Positions 50,306 through 63,202 of a stretch of 64,000 nt of DNA are shown here, in pieces (within the stretch, counting starts at the first letter, position 1; each line of letters opens with the position of its first letter). The notes below the pieces were generated by a model. That model was not told the DNA's origin. It was given only the letters and a program-made list of their open reading frames with translations, and ran no database searches. The stretch comes from Folioceros fuciformis (lineage: Eukaryota): NCBI GenBank assembly GCA_049999805.1, contig JBNGIO010006246.1, forward strand, positions 107,812 to 171,811, written 5' to 3'. A program made the position numbers and the translations under genes.

Positions 50306-50919
50306 GAGACTCCGGCTGTCCACTGTCCAGCTCTGTAGCGGACACCTGGCCTGTGTTGGCTTTGTGTCTTGACGAGCGACCTTGTGCTGCCTCATCAAGC
50401 GTCTCCTCAAGTGGCGGGCTTCAGGGTCGAGAGAGAATCCGGTGGATAAGCAACTCTGGTAAGAATTGGGGTTTAGGATAATGTGTGTCTAGGTCAAAAA
50501 AAAACTACAGACAGGTAGCTAGGTAGTATGTCTAGCTCGTGAAAACGCGTTCTTGGAAATATACGCGTTCCGTGCAGGAAGAAAAAGATGAGCTCGGCGC
50601 CGTGCCTGAGCGTGGTAGATCTCGGCATGGAGTCGGGGTGGCAAGAGGCAACTCCTGTCTCTGTACACGGTGGTAGCACCCCATCCTAGTAGGCTTTTAT
50701 TTCCTCGTTCTGTTAACAAAGACAAATCAGAATGGGTGGCAGTGGACTAGGTACCACCTCGAGTAGAGAAAGGCCGAAAGCCAACACAAAAGGAAGGCTT
50801 TCGAGGAGCATGAGAGCTTGGGAAGGCGAGCGACAGGTTGGGGCCCGGTCGTGAGTTGGAGTCGGGTGTGCACAATTCGTGGTGGGCTCGCTGGCTCCTC
50901 CAGCAGCTCCTTATGGGTG

Positions 50920-53182
50920 ATGGAGGGAGTGTGGGCTAAGGTGCTGCTGCCTGTGCAACTCACGGGAAGCGGCAGAGCAGTGTTGGGCACGTCGGAGGTG
51001 GAGTGCCAGCTGCTGCCGGCTGTGGATTTGCAATTGGAAGGGCTCGCGGATACTCGGGCGCTCAAATTAGGTACTCCCTCCCTCGCCTTGCTGTTGGTGG
51101 GCACTCTGATGAGCTGGGTTCTTAAGCAGATCCTTCATCTGGTGCAACTGGTGGCCTCCGGGTGCAGGAGTGGCCACGCTTACTACGCATCGCATTCTGT
51201 GGGTGGATGAGCAGTGCAAGCATGCAGGCGCAGTGCCTCTCGCTGCCGTCTCCCGCGTCTTCCCGCCCAAGAAGACCATCAAAAACATGTTTGCCACGCC
51301 GCGGCTGCGGCTGCAATTGTGGACCACGGCTGATGGCCGCCTCGCGCAGCCTGGGAAGAACCAGGGCGCGCTGGGATCGGTCGTTCTTGTTGTGATTTTC
51401 CGTGGATCGGCGTCCTTCGAGTCGTTCGTCCAGCTTTTGCAAGACAATATTCAGGTTTGTCGCCTGCCCGTTGTGGATGAACGATGCTGGGAATTCGGCT
51501 CTGTTTGTTGCTCCTGCTTCCTGTTCTTGGAGGCTTGTTTTTGCTCGGGTAGGAGGTTTAGATGATCGTGGCTCCGCCCATTCAACAGGCTCATGTGAAC
51601 ATGTTGACAGGCAAAGGCCTGGGAGGCAGACGTTCCCCCTGCACTGGGAAAGTCCCCTGTACTGCCAGCAGCAGTTGAATGTAGGTTTTCCCAACCCGGG
51701 TGTCTGCCTTTCTGCACCTGTTTCGATCGGTCGTGGCATGGTGTGCTGATTACTTGGCATTGGTCACAGCTAGAACGGATGGCTCTCCATCTACTTCCTT
51801 CCACCCGAGGCCTAGGGTGAATCCTCTCATGGCCGGCGTCTCAGGACTCTACCGCAAGGAAGAACAGCAACGGGAGGAGACGGATAAGAATTTGCAGGAG
51901 GCGTTTCTGGATTTGAACGCCCTAATGGTCAGGCAATGTTGATGCTTCCATGTGCCTCTCACAGTTTCTAAGCATTGCAGTGTCTGAAGTCGCTTGGAAT
52001 GGAGCAGGGCAAAGCCAAGGAAATGGTGCAGCTGGCTGAGAGGATGCGGGCAAAGCTGGCTGGGAGCACAGCCCAGCAACCTGGTCAGGACGACGAGGAT
52101 GTGGGTTCCAGGCAGGACATGCAGGATTTGTTACTCAGTGTTGGTATTGCCTCACCCGTGACCAAGGAGTCTGCGGGTGCCCTCTACCATCAGCAGCTGT
52201 CACGTCAGGTGCTTCTCTTGAGCTGTGCTAGCCGGCCCCAACTGCTCATCTGCTGCTGAAGGTGTGGCCACACATCTGATGGTCACGCACGCTAGAGCCC
52301 TCCTCTGTGCTTCATCTGCTGTACCTGACTATCCTGATGAGTCTCGGTGGGGTTTCTGCAGCTGGCAGATTTCATAAAGGAGCCTCTGCGGAGAGCAGGA
52401 GGAATGATTGCCATGGTAGATGCCTACTGCATCTTCAACCGCGCTCGTGGGACAGGTAGAGCTCTCTACTGGGACGCTGGACCTCTTTTCGCGCCGCCCT
52501 TTTGCTTCCAGAGTTCCTCAAATCTGTTTGTAATGCTGACAGAACTGATATCACCAGAAGACATGGTCCAGGCCTGCACCATCTGGGAAAAGTTCGATGT
52601 GTAAGACCTTCCTCTTAATGTCGGAGCTACAAATCTTTTGTGCGTGTTGTAATGCTCATCGGGTGTTACTGCCGTGCCCTCATACCTCTGCCCCCACGTA
52701 CACTCATCCCTTCTCCTCTTGTTGAAACAGGCCTGTTACGCTGCGACGATTTGACAGCGGAGTCATGGTCGTTCAGTCGAAGAACCAAAGTGATGACGAG
52801 GTGAGCCCAAACTCCATTGCATGCGGCGTGCTTCACTTGTTGCATCGTACTCGCTAAGGTTCAACCGTTGTGCAGTTTGTTGCAAAGCTGAGCGTCCTTG
52901 CCAAGAAACCAGAAGCCATGAGGATAGGGATTGGGCAGAGCGACGCAGCCCGTGCACTGGGTGTCGCCCCGGCTCTCGTCAAGGAGCACCTCCTTGTAGC
53001 TGAGAGCAGAGGTTAGTGTCAGTCCACTTTCGTTTCCTTCTATCCTACTTCGTTTCCTTCGTAGGTGTGCTCACCGTGCTGGCCTTGGCTCGGCAGGAAT
53101 TTTATGTCGCGATGATGGGCCAGAAGGTCTCAGATTTTTCTGGAATCTGTTTTCAGAACTGGATAATAGCATTATTATTTGA
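50920..53182 (+). CDS. VPS36: ESCRT-II subunit VPS36, multi-exon
   Basis: GLUE domain [90 protein letters not shown]. Confidence 0.94.
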
Positions 53183-53299
53183 TCTGTGAATCTGTTGTGC
53201 CTAATTGTCTATCGCGCGACATTTTTGTCTCGTCTCTTAATTGTGGGAAATGAAGGGCTCATTTTGGACGATACAAGTAAATAAGCTCATTATAACGTG

Positions 53300-55030
53300 G
53301 CTCCAGTCCCCGTTTTGCGGAACCTCCCTGGTTTGCATACATACCCTAACAACGATGTCGGAACAACTAGTTGCGGGTTCTCTTTGGGGAACCTATTAAA
53401 CCAGTCCATGCTGAAGGTTGATTTCATACCTATAAATTGAATTTCACGGTACCATATGGTCCTTTACTCGCAACAAAGGTAGTATGTCGTCCTTTACTCA
53501 CAACGAAGGTAGCATATGGTTGTTGACGTGCTTACCAAAGCCTTTACAACAACCAAACATCAACAATATTTAGTTTCAATGAGAAAACCTATCTACCCTA
53601 AAGAGAGAGATGAATCATGATAAAGGCTAACCCCTTAAGCCTAATGACTATCAATAGCACCTAAAATGCAGTAGTTTAGAAGAAGAAAGGGTCTACCTCT
53701 AGAATTGTTGATGGCACCTCTCTTACTAATGTTGTAGTCCTATATATGACATTAGCCAATGCTCGCTATAAAGCAATGAAAACCCTATGTCGAAAGAACA
53801 CTGCAATACACCTACTACTTTTGAAACATTGTATAGTAATAGCCATGTTGTAGTAAGAATGTGTCAGGGGTAGCACCACAAAACAAGTGTGAGTATTTTG
53901 ATATCGCTAATATGTACATGCATGATAAGCCTAATGTGCAATGTAAGGCACATGTAGATGTGAATAGGAAGGGCCTTGTCGAAGCCAAGTTTAGTATTGA
54001 GGCTAACACAAATATCACCATGCTAAAACAAGTTGAGACATTATGCCCTTAATTTTAACTAAATAGAATTCTTTATGGAAATTCTCTATTTAGTAGTTGT
54101 CATGGATGAAGTTATAGTTGATTTACATAAAACTCCTATAGTCTATAGATTCTGACCTTTAAATAAAAGCATTCATTACACAAAAGTCTTCACTTAATAC
54201 TTGTACTAGAAGAAGTATAAGAAGCGTCCGGACTCTTCTTTGTTACTCACCTACCCATCCATACGGAGATGGAGACAGAGAGGTAACACACCTCAACATT
54301 GAGATGGACCGCATAGGGCACCATAATTCTAGATATAGTTAATGATATTGAGGCAAAAAAATTGGCTTTTAGAGAAAGCATGACATAAACCATGTGTTCT
54401 ATTGCAATAATTTTGCAAAGCTTCTTAACATCAAAAGAAAAAGACAAATTGAGGTTCAAGAGTTTGATTCTAATGAATCATACTCTTTTAGAAATGCTTG
54501 TGAAACTATACCTTTTCGATGTGGCTCATATACGGCACTACTTAAAGCAACAACCTTTGGATGTCCTTTCTTGTAGCTTAGCAATCTTAGCTCTCAGATC
54601 AATCCGCACTTTGTCAAAAGTTAATTTTTTGCACCATGCACAAGAAACGTAGAGACTATGAAAGACATATTTTAAAGAGCCATGTCACACCACTTCAAAA
54701 GAATCCTAAACTTGCACTTCAGCATTCCAAAGTCCCTTTCAACACACATCCTATTATTAGATTACACAAAATTATAATGCTAGCTTTGTTGAAAACCCAT
54801 TTTACTTCCATGAAAGGGAGTGAACATATATACCCTTTGCCAATACCTTGCATTTGTAAGTAAAGCATACTATCTAAGAACATCCTGCTCATACAATGAT
54901 AATCAAACAATCACCTCTAGCCAACCTACATAATACCATTTCTACACTCCACCCCAACCCTCCGTCAATCCCTAGTCCAACCCTGTAGATCACTACATCT
55001 TGTTGTTGGTATTCTTGAATAGAAAGGAAA
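53300..55030. mobile_element. AT-rich, CpG-poor island, probable transposon relic, with a short ~29-bp tandem repeat near 53455-53520
   Basis: Composition shift; gtcctttactc.caac.aaggtag occurs twice; no intact ORF. Confidence 0.4.
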
Positions 55031-55105
55031 CTTCAAGTCCTTGGTGGACACCAAGCTACTTGGTATGAATAGCCAGCTCGCTATGCACTTTCCTCCTCCA
55101 GCTCT

Positions 55106-58100
55106 ATGTCTGGCGTCACAAGGATTGAGTTGAACATCGGCAAGCGTGGGGAGCCGGGCCTGCCGCACGCCCTGTACCAAGTGCTGGGCAGCAACCATTG
55201 TATCCAGACGCTGGTCACCAGCCCATTCGCTGTCATCCACTGCCTCCAAGGCTTGCGCCACCCAGACTGCACCCTCTCCGTACTTGACTTCAATGTGCTC
55301 CCATCGTATTATTCTGCTGATGAGGCCCATGTCAGTGAGTGTTGGCTGCGCCTTGCCCAACTGCTCCCTGGCTGGAAATCATTGCGTGCCCTGCGCTTGC
55401 CTGCCAAAGTCAACGCTTCTTGCAAGAAAGAGCTCATCAGAGCTTTGGAGGGCAACTCTTCTCTGACCAAGCTTGCCATTCGCGACTGGTCCGACGATCT
55501 CGACGATAGTCTCTTCAGAGACTTGATGCACTCCCTCCAACTCAACACCACGTTACGGGAGATCAACGTCAAGGGCACGAGATGGGAGAGGGAGGGAAAG
55601 GCCGCCATTATCAAAACGACCTTGGCACGCAATGTTACGCAAAGTGCATACAGGCCCTTGTTTCTGGATGGGCAAGTGCCCGTGAAGCCCAGGGCCGGGC
55701 GCCTCTTCCTGTGCGGTGCGCCCTTCGCAGGCAAGGCCACTGTCCGCACCTCCTTGATCCGCGCATGGAGACAGGAAGGCGCATCAAAGACCAAGCGCAT
55801 GCAGGATGCACTGTCTCGTACTCAGCGATCATGGAAGTCTTGGGGCACTGACACCAGGACGGAAGGCATTGAAATCGAGGTGCTGCGAATGACGATCATA
55901 TGCAAGTCATCATCTGGGATCTGGCTGGACAAGCTCACTACCGGGCTCTGCAAGACTACCTCTTTCCGACCTACAACCAAGCATGTGTCTTCGTCTTGGC
56001 CTTCAGCCCTTTTGATTCCCAAAGGCCTCATCAACTCCCACGGCAGGAGATGGTGCAGGACAAATTCAAAACGAGCTTGGCGTTCTGGCTCCGTTTCATC
56101 AACTCAAATTCTCGCAATGTGGGCTCAGCGTTACCCCAAATGCTTGTGGTGGCAACTCATGTGGATCAGATGGAGGCTTCTCAAGCTCGTGCATTACCGG
56201 ATATCCTGCAACCCATTCTGACACAGTTGGCCGCCGAGTTTAAGCATATTGTCACAATGCAGACAACAACACTCTTCTGCATGGACGCTCGATCTCCCAA
56301 GAGTGTGAAGCCTTTGCTGCACGCAGTCATGCAATCGTTTCGAGATTCATTTGAATCTGAACTCTTCTGGGTACCCGAGCTCTGCAACCGATTGAGTGCT
56401 GCCTTGACTGCCTGGGTATCTCAACATCCAGCTCAACCTCTTGTGAGGAAACGGCACCTTCAAACACTGTTTGACGAGGAGCTACGGCGTTTCCACAAAG
56501 CTGGTGGAGTTCCAGAGAAGGGGGTTCCACTGGAAGCCATTCTCGCCTATTTGAACGATGTAGGTAGCATCATCTGTTTTCAAGGCACAGAAATGGTGGT
56601 CATCAGTCCACACTGGATCAGTCATGGTTTTCTAGGGCAACTCATTCAGCTTCTTCGCAGACCAGATCGGGCGTCCACGAGTAGTTTGACACAAACGTCA
56701 GATGGATTTGTTGCCAGAAGTCACCTCCATTCCACCTTGGACAAGATCGTCAAAGGCACGCTCACGGAGGGGGTCGAACGGGAAGATCTGTTATCATTGA
56801 TGACTACTCTCAACTTATGCTACGAGGAAGATTCGACTCGACGTGTCGGATTCTTTGTTCCCCTCACCCTGAACTAAGGTGATGGTAAAACCCTTGATGG
56901 GAGACGACAGTTGACCTGGAAAGCTGATGATAAGGCCAGCATTTACAACTACCTCGGAAGAAGGTTGCAGTGCCGCGACACGACCAAGACGTTTCTTGGT
57001 CCAGGCTGTTTCCCGAGATTCCAAGTACGATAACCAACAACATATCAGAATTGGACTTTGTTTGATGGGTGGATGGGTGGCTCTGTGTGTCTTCAACCTG
57101 TTTCATGACGTTGTGGAGGTTTGCGCATTGCAGGTCTGCCTTCGGAAGCACTTGTTTGCCGGAAGCCATGCCTTGTCACTTCATCAATCTGATCAATATC
57201 GTATCGAACGCAACCTCATTGAGATCGTGTGCGATGGTATGGTTGTGTTCCTGGAAAGCAGTGGGGATATTGGAGAGGACACCGGAGACATCGGAGATCA
57301 TGTTGATATTCTGGTGAGGTCACTCAAGAGCAAAGATCAAACTTTCGAGCTTCTCAAAGAACATGTGATGGCAAAGTTGAGAGCATTTTGCTCTTCCCCT
57401 GAAGGCAGTCCGGGTGTCGAGCTTGTGGAAGGCATTATCAGGACCGAGTGCGTCGAAAACCTCACGCCCTGTATCTATCGGCAGGACCAGTCAGTGCGAA
57501 CGCAGACGTTGCTTGAGTGTGTTCTTGCAGATCCTGAAGATCCACCGGGGCAGATTTTCTCGTCGTTGGACCCAGCGGACTTCAGATGGCCGTGGCCAGC
57601 ATGTCCAGGAGCCGGTTTGGAGGGAGCCTTCGAGGGAGCTAAAGAGCTCTTAACTGATGGTGAAATGTTGAATGTCTTGCGCAAGCAACGAACAGGTCTC
57701 CTTCAAACCGTCTCCAACATCTATGCAGCTGCAGAGAATGAGATGCGCGCACGACAAGACGCCCACCTACCAGTTCAAACTTCTGGGAATTTCCGACGTA
57801 CGGTATTCGTCCCTGCAACAAGTCACTTGGAGACGTGGTTGGAAGCCATGATTAGAGATTTGAACGATCCGGTGGAAGCAATGGGAGTTCAGCGAAATGA
57901 GTTCAGCGATATGAAGACCAAGCTGGAAGAGGCTCTACAACGTTTAGTTTCCAAGATGGATGAGATTATGAATTTCTCAGCAGAGTTAGAGAGCAGTCAG
58001 ATACCCGGACGTCCCTACTTCACGACAGCAGACGTGGGTCAAGTACAGAAACTTATTGCACATGTGCGTCTGGGCAAAGCGGCTAAGCTCCACTTCATGT

Positions 58101-58573
58101 GCGAAAACATCTCTGGGAATCATGTCGTGAAGGGCCAAACTGGATTTGAGCTGACTTTGGAAGATGCGAAGTGGAGCTGGATCAGGCCCTTAGCGATCAA
58201 CGGTGCAAAGGTATTGTCCTTCCTGACCAAGGCTGGCCTACACGTGGCGGCCGGCGTTGGGAATATGGTTCCATATCCTTTTGGCAGCTTGGGTGAAGCG
58301 GTTTCTGTCGCTGCGAGTTTTGGGAACGCAGCCCTATCCGATTCGAATCTGGACCTGACAAGACCAGCTGTGAGCCCAACCACTTCTCTGAAAGAGGCAT
58401 GGATTATTCTGAAGAATATGTTGCAGCCGTTGTTGAGGGATCACGTGGCCGACAAATTCCAATTGCACAAGGTGCACTATAGGAAGAAGCCTCACGGAGA
58501 ACGAGCGGTGGCATGGGTTCGCGAACGGTGTATGCGGACGGGAATCAAGAGACAAGTCTACCAGCCGCTTTAG
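55106..58573 (+). pseudogene. TORNADO1-like LRR-Roc-COR (Roco) gene, disrupted
   Basis: LRR remnant, RLFLCGAPFAGKAT, TRTEGIEI, IWDLAGQ, LVVATHVD, YLGRRLQC..FLGPGCFPRFQ|V, LHFMCE..HVVKGQ, KFQLHKVHY..AWV; frameshift ~55885 and in-frame TAA 56875-56877. Confidence 0.88.
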
Positions 58574-59279
58574 CGTCGACGGGAGTAACTACGACGTGGT
58601 GAGCTGAAGCCTCACGTCGGCATCTGCAGGATGGATCGAGGAGTCATCTGGAGCATCATGTGATCGGATAGGGCGAGGTAGACAGGCACATGTAGAGCCA
58701 ATCCTGCAGTGTTTTGCATTGTTGTTTGCGAACGCTCACCTTTTATGAATTCGTCATTTGTGGATTCGTCTCAGTTAGTTGTAGGATAAGGAGCTCCGTA
58801 TTTTAGTTGTACATCCTTCCGCCACCGGCGCCATCCTTTCGTGGTATTGGCCTCGTAGATCGTTGGAATGAAAACGTGTTTGATGTGCAGAGCAAGCACA
58901 TGCCTGCAAATTCACAGGTTTGAAAGTGGGGTGCTAGCAGCGCTACCATCAATATTTAGAAAAGGTTGAGGCTGGACCAGATACGTAGGAAGCAAGTGTC
59001 TTACCTGCAGGCCCACTTCCACCAGTGGCTGACATCTAACATGCGATGCAAATCTCATTTCCTACGACGGCTGCTGCCCCGCGAGTGTCCAGGCTGGATA
59101 CGAAAGAAGCAACGAGGAAAGCCTGTGTCTGTGCCAAAAGACCACGATTGTGCTCAACAGTGCAGCAAGAATGGGAGGGGACATTTCTGGTGCATGTTGC
59201 TATGCCGTCAGCTCCAATCAACCCAAGCCGGCCGGCTTCTGGGAGTTGTGGAGACATTGAGCAGCTCTGCTCCACCTGC

Positions 59280-60160
59280 GGGCTATGCAGATGCCTGCCC
59301 TTCTGTACGGCACCTGCGGTTCCATATGCCTTCGGAAGGCAAGCGAAAGTAACAAACATGGTTGCCCATTACAGGGGTGTGGTCGTTCATTGTATGCACC
59401 TGGGCATCCTGGCATCGTCTGTCAATCTGTCTTACAGCTGCACCATGAGATGCGTAGGTCAGGATGAAGGCGAATGGTCACGTCTTCGTTGCTGCGCTTC
59501 AAGCTTGCGCATTTGCCGCCAACTTGGAATCTGGCACAAAGGTGCACTGTGGCATTCCCACTGACTCGTTTGTTGGAAACTGCGTTGTGGACATGTATGC
59601 AAAATGTGGCCAAATGAAAGATGCACACCAGGTTTTCGTCAGCATGGCCAAAAAGGACGTGGTGGCATAGACTTCCCTTAATCTATATCTGGGTATGTAA
59701 AATGTGGTGAATTGGAAGACGCACACAAGCATGAGCACAGAAGATGTGGTGACATGAACTGCCCTCATCTGGGTATGTACAGAGGCGCTTCTTGTATATG
59801 TACAAATCGATGAAGATGGCCTGATTTTGGCTGACCGTTTTACTTCTGCTTGCCTTCTGAGGCCTGTGGGAGTACTGGTGCCTTACGCAAGGGCAAACAG
59901 CTGCACTCACAGATTGTGGGAAAAGGACTGGTCGATGATGTAGGGTTGGGCAACCGCCTGGTGGAAATGTATGCAAAATGTGGTGAGCTGGAAGATGCAC
60001 GCCAGGTTTTCGACAGCATGAACAGAAAAAATGTGGTGACGTGCACACCCTCATAACTGGGTATGCAACATGTAGTGAACTGGAAGATGCACGTCAGGTT
60101 TTTAAAAGCATGGACGCAAAGAACGTCGTGACTTGGAATGCCCTGATTGCCGGGTATGTA
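59280..60160 (+). pseudogene. Degenerate PLS-class pentatricopeptide repeat gene
   Basis: VAALQACA..VGNCVVDMYAKCGQMKDAHQVF..KDVVA*, GKQLHSQIV..GNRLVEMYAKCGELEDARQVFDSM, NVVTWNALIAGY; stops and frameshifts. Confidence 0.9.
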
Positions 60161-61085
60161 ACTGATTTCCAAGTCAAAATCAACTAAATACTTGTCCCAT
60201 CTTCGTTGGCGGGGAATCAAGTAAGGCTGGGAGAAGAAATGATGCAACGAGTGGCAGTTTGTGTGGCCCACCACCTTTTGCTTGAAACAATAAGGTCTGC
60301 AGACCTTCGATGCATGGGTTGTAGCTAGCATTTATCTATGTTGTGTACGGCATTATTTATCTGGGCACCCTGTAATGTTCTTGCAGAACTCATAAGCTAT
60401 TGCCCTATCCTGATGTGATAGGACGGCCCCTATTGCATAATTTGATGAATCTGTATGCAATATGTAGAGTAACTGGGGGTCTGCTACTACGAGGACTGAT
60501 GCTTTACTGAGGCCTGTTCTGAGAGTGTTGAAGGCTGCCACTGCCTCTGGGCCCAGTTGTTGTAATTGTCTCAGCGCATTCGTAAGGGAGACAACAATCT
60601 TGCTGAACCCTTGTCTGAAGCAGCAGTAGAACCCTACCATGCTCAAGAATTCACGAAGATAGGTGATATCTCATGGCTCTAGAATCCATGAACCTAAGTG
60701 ATATCTTGTGGCTCAAGGATCCATAAACCTAGGTGATATCCGGTGGCATCGGTCACTCCACTAACGCTTTTACATTCCGAGAGTGGGCAGCCCCCCTAAT
60801 GTCTAAAGCATTGATGACATGCCCAATGTACTCGCATTTCTGACCTCATAAAGAGGTACTTACTGCATTTTGCTAGCAGTTTATTTTCTCAGTTTATTTT
60901 GCTAGTACTTTTCTAACTAGTGAGTGGTGGGTTTTGGCATCCTGGATGTAAGCCAGGATGTCATCCAGCAACAAGTACTCGTACGCCAAGAGCCTCAAAA
61001 TCTTCTACATCAAGCAATGGAAGGTTGCTGGTGCATTGGTGACGCCCAAATGCATGGCCAGAAACTCTAAGAGGCCGTCTCGCAT
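60150..61085 (-). mobile_element. Ty3/Gypsy LTR-retrotransposon pol remnant (RT-RNase H)
   Basis: EFLAMHLGVTNAPATF, LLDDILAY, ILHTDSSNYAIGAVLS, RQRRWDKYLVDFDLEISYIPG; degenerate; internal ~35-bp triplication near 60645-60747. Confidence 0.9.
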
Positions 61086-61346
61086 CTTGAGTGCTGTTTT
61101 GTGCTCTGACCTTCTAGAGTACTCACTACAATACTACCTTCTGATGATTAGGTCTTGACGAAGGACCAGGAGGTGCCACCTGGTCCTTTCTTTGAGCCTC
61201 CAGGGAACCTGAGTTCTCTGCTCCTTATTTGTTGTCTTCCCCTCCCCACACCGGAACTTCTCCCCTCCGCCCAGCCTCCCCTCCCTTCCCTCGCCTCGCT
61301 GCATCTAACGTTCGCTGACACATTCAGCCTGATCCTAGAGAGTTTT

Positions 61347-62907
61347 CTAGTAATACTCGGCCCCGTCCCACGATTTTCTGATGAGGGGAACGCCATCTTC
61401 TCGCCAGAAAATGCGGTCTTCGCAAAGCGCCGCCACAACCGCAACATACAGTTTGTGTTCCTGCAGGAAGTATTTAACACCGATATCAGTGCTGAGATAT
61501 ACATAGAACCATGCCGAAAAGCTTGGGAGGAGAACAGTACCTCTTTCAGCACTCTCGCAGCCAAGTCATGGGGCGTGTCATCCGGTAACACTCGCACAGT
61601 TCGTTGTGCCAGGATTGGCCCAGTGTCGTACTCCTCGTCGATGAAGTGAACGGTTGCACCTGAAAACCTGGATATGCAGAACAAAGAGAACTAATCAAAG
61701 ATGTGAGCAGTTGCTGAGGAAGCCACAACAACTCAAGAATTCGAACAAAGAGTACACGGCGTGGGGCAGAGGATTGGCTCAGACACTTTTTTTTTCATCA
61801 TCCACCAGATGTCAGGCAAACTGTGAAATAGAAACAAGTCATCACAGCCAATCCTTTTCCTGCTGCACTGACTGCAAAATCGCAGAGACGTCAGAGAAAT
61901 AGGATGCTGTGGGGAACACACCGAGCACCAGACTTGATAACCGCTTCATGTACTTTCATTCCGTAAAAGCCCTTCCCACCAAAAGCAGGTAGAAGCGCAG
62001 GATGGATGTTCAGTATAGACCGTGGATACGCTTGCACAAGCTCAGGAGGTAACATCCTGAGGTACCCGGCAAGTAATATATAGTCCACACCACACGCCCT
62101 GCAGAACCAACTCTAGGGTTACTGTTTGGTCCTTGATAGAAGATCACAGCTACAGGCCCCATACGTGCTCATTCGGTTCCTGCTCAAGGAACATGAATTG
62201 AATTTAGCAGTAGAGCGTGTACAGAATGAAAAAAACGATAGACTTCCAAAGACCCACAACCAAGCAGGGCGTAAAGAAAATTAAATTTGTCACAGCTCTC
62301 CTACAGCACGACTCTGTTACAGCAAGGCAGAATCACCTCAATCTTTCCATCAGCTCACTCGACGAAATGCCATCCAAAGCGTTCTTTCCTTTAGGATACG
62401 CCAACAAGGGAATGCCGTGCTCTCTAGCATACTCACACGCTTTGCACCCTGCAAGACTCAAACAAGTCAACCATCTGCACACTCCGACAACACGGCCCCA
62501 CCGGCGAACAAGCGTTACAACGATTATAGAGACGCACCTGGTCTGTCAGACACCACAAGATCCACCTGCCCATATATCTCGTTCCTCAAAGTAGCTTCGT
62601 GCAAAGCCCGAAAATTGGAGCCACCTCCGGACACGAACACTGCCAGCTTAGATCTGAAGAAGCCGCTACCACCCACCTCTTCCTTCCCTCCCACCGTCTG
62701 AGCCCCAGTCTCCAACTTCTCACACAAAACCGGCCAAGGGGTCGCTTTCCTTCTCTCCAGCCCCCCTGAGCGCAGCGCACAACCAGAAAACACCCTCCGC
62801 CCAGCTGAACCCAAGGAAACCCGCTGTCCAGTAGCAAAACGTCTCTCGTCGTTCCACACACCAGCCCCTAGCCGCACACTGCCGGCACCAGCTCTAATAC
62901 ACTGCAT
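61347..62907 (-). CDS. PUR3: Phosphoribosylglycinamide formyltransferase (PurN), organelle-targeted, multi-exon
   Basis: LAVFVSGGGSNFRAL, ILLAGYL, ILNIHPALLPAFGGKGFYG, SGATVHFIDEEYDTGPIL, EHKLY..WREDGVPLI. Confidence 0.96.
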
Positions 62908-63202
62908 GACTGCCGAGCTGTGCTCTCCTCTGTTTTTTCAGCGAGGTTTGGTGGTTCCGCTGGCTCCCTTCATCTGTTGTGTCAGCTGTTCTCGGCACAG
63001 CTGACAATGGAGAAATCCTGTTAGCCCTAGACATCATGTAGACTAGGTCTACATGTGGGCAGATTCGTATTAAGAAGAGTCGTACTTCCATACCGAGCAC
63101 GTTGGAAGGCGATGGTGGAGACGGGCTAGGCTAGCATTTCGTTTGTGAAAGTTTCAAACATCGAAGAAGCAGCGGCGGAACAAGAATTCTGCGAGCTGAG
63201 AC

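Noticed and set aside
56927-57133. N-terminus of the 548-aa ORF as a separate gene
   Set aside because: Out-of-frame read of the preceding Roco exon plus intron 57024-57133; the true frame resumes at VCLRKH.
60645-60747. Three ~35-bp repeats resembling a CRISPR array
   Set aside because: Head-to-tail degenerate copies without unique spacers, inside a eukaryotic Gypsy relic, with no cas genes.
45908-62907. One-carbon/purine cluster (SHMT and PUR3)
   Set aside because: About 14 kb apart with unrelated genes between; no evidence of co-regulation.
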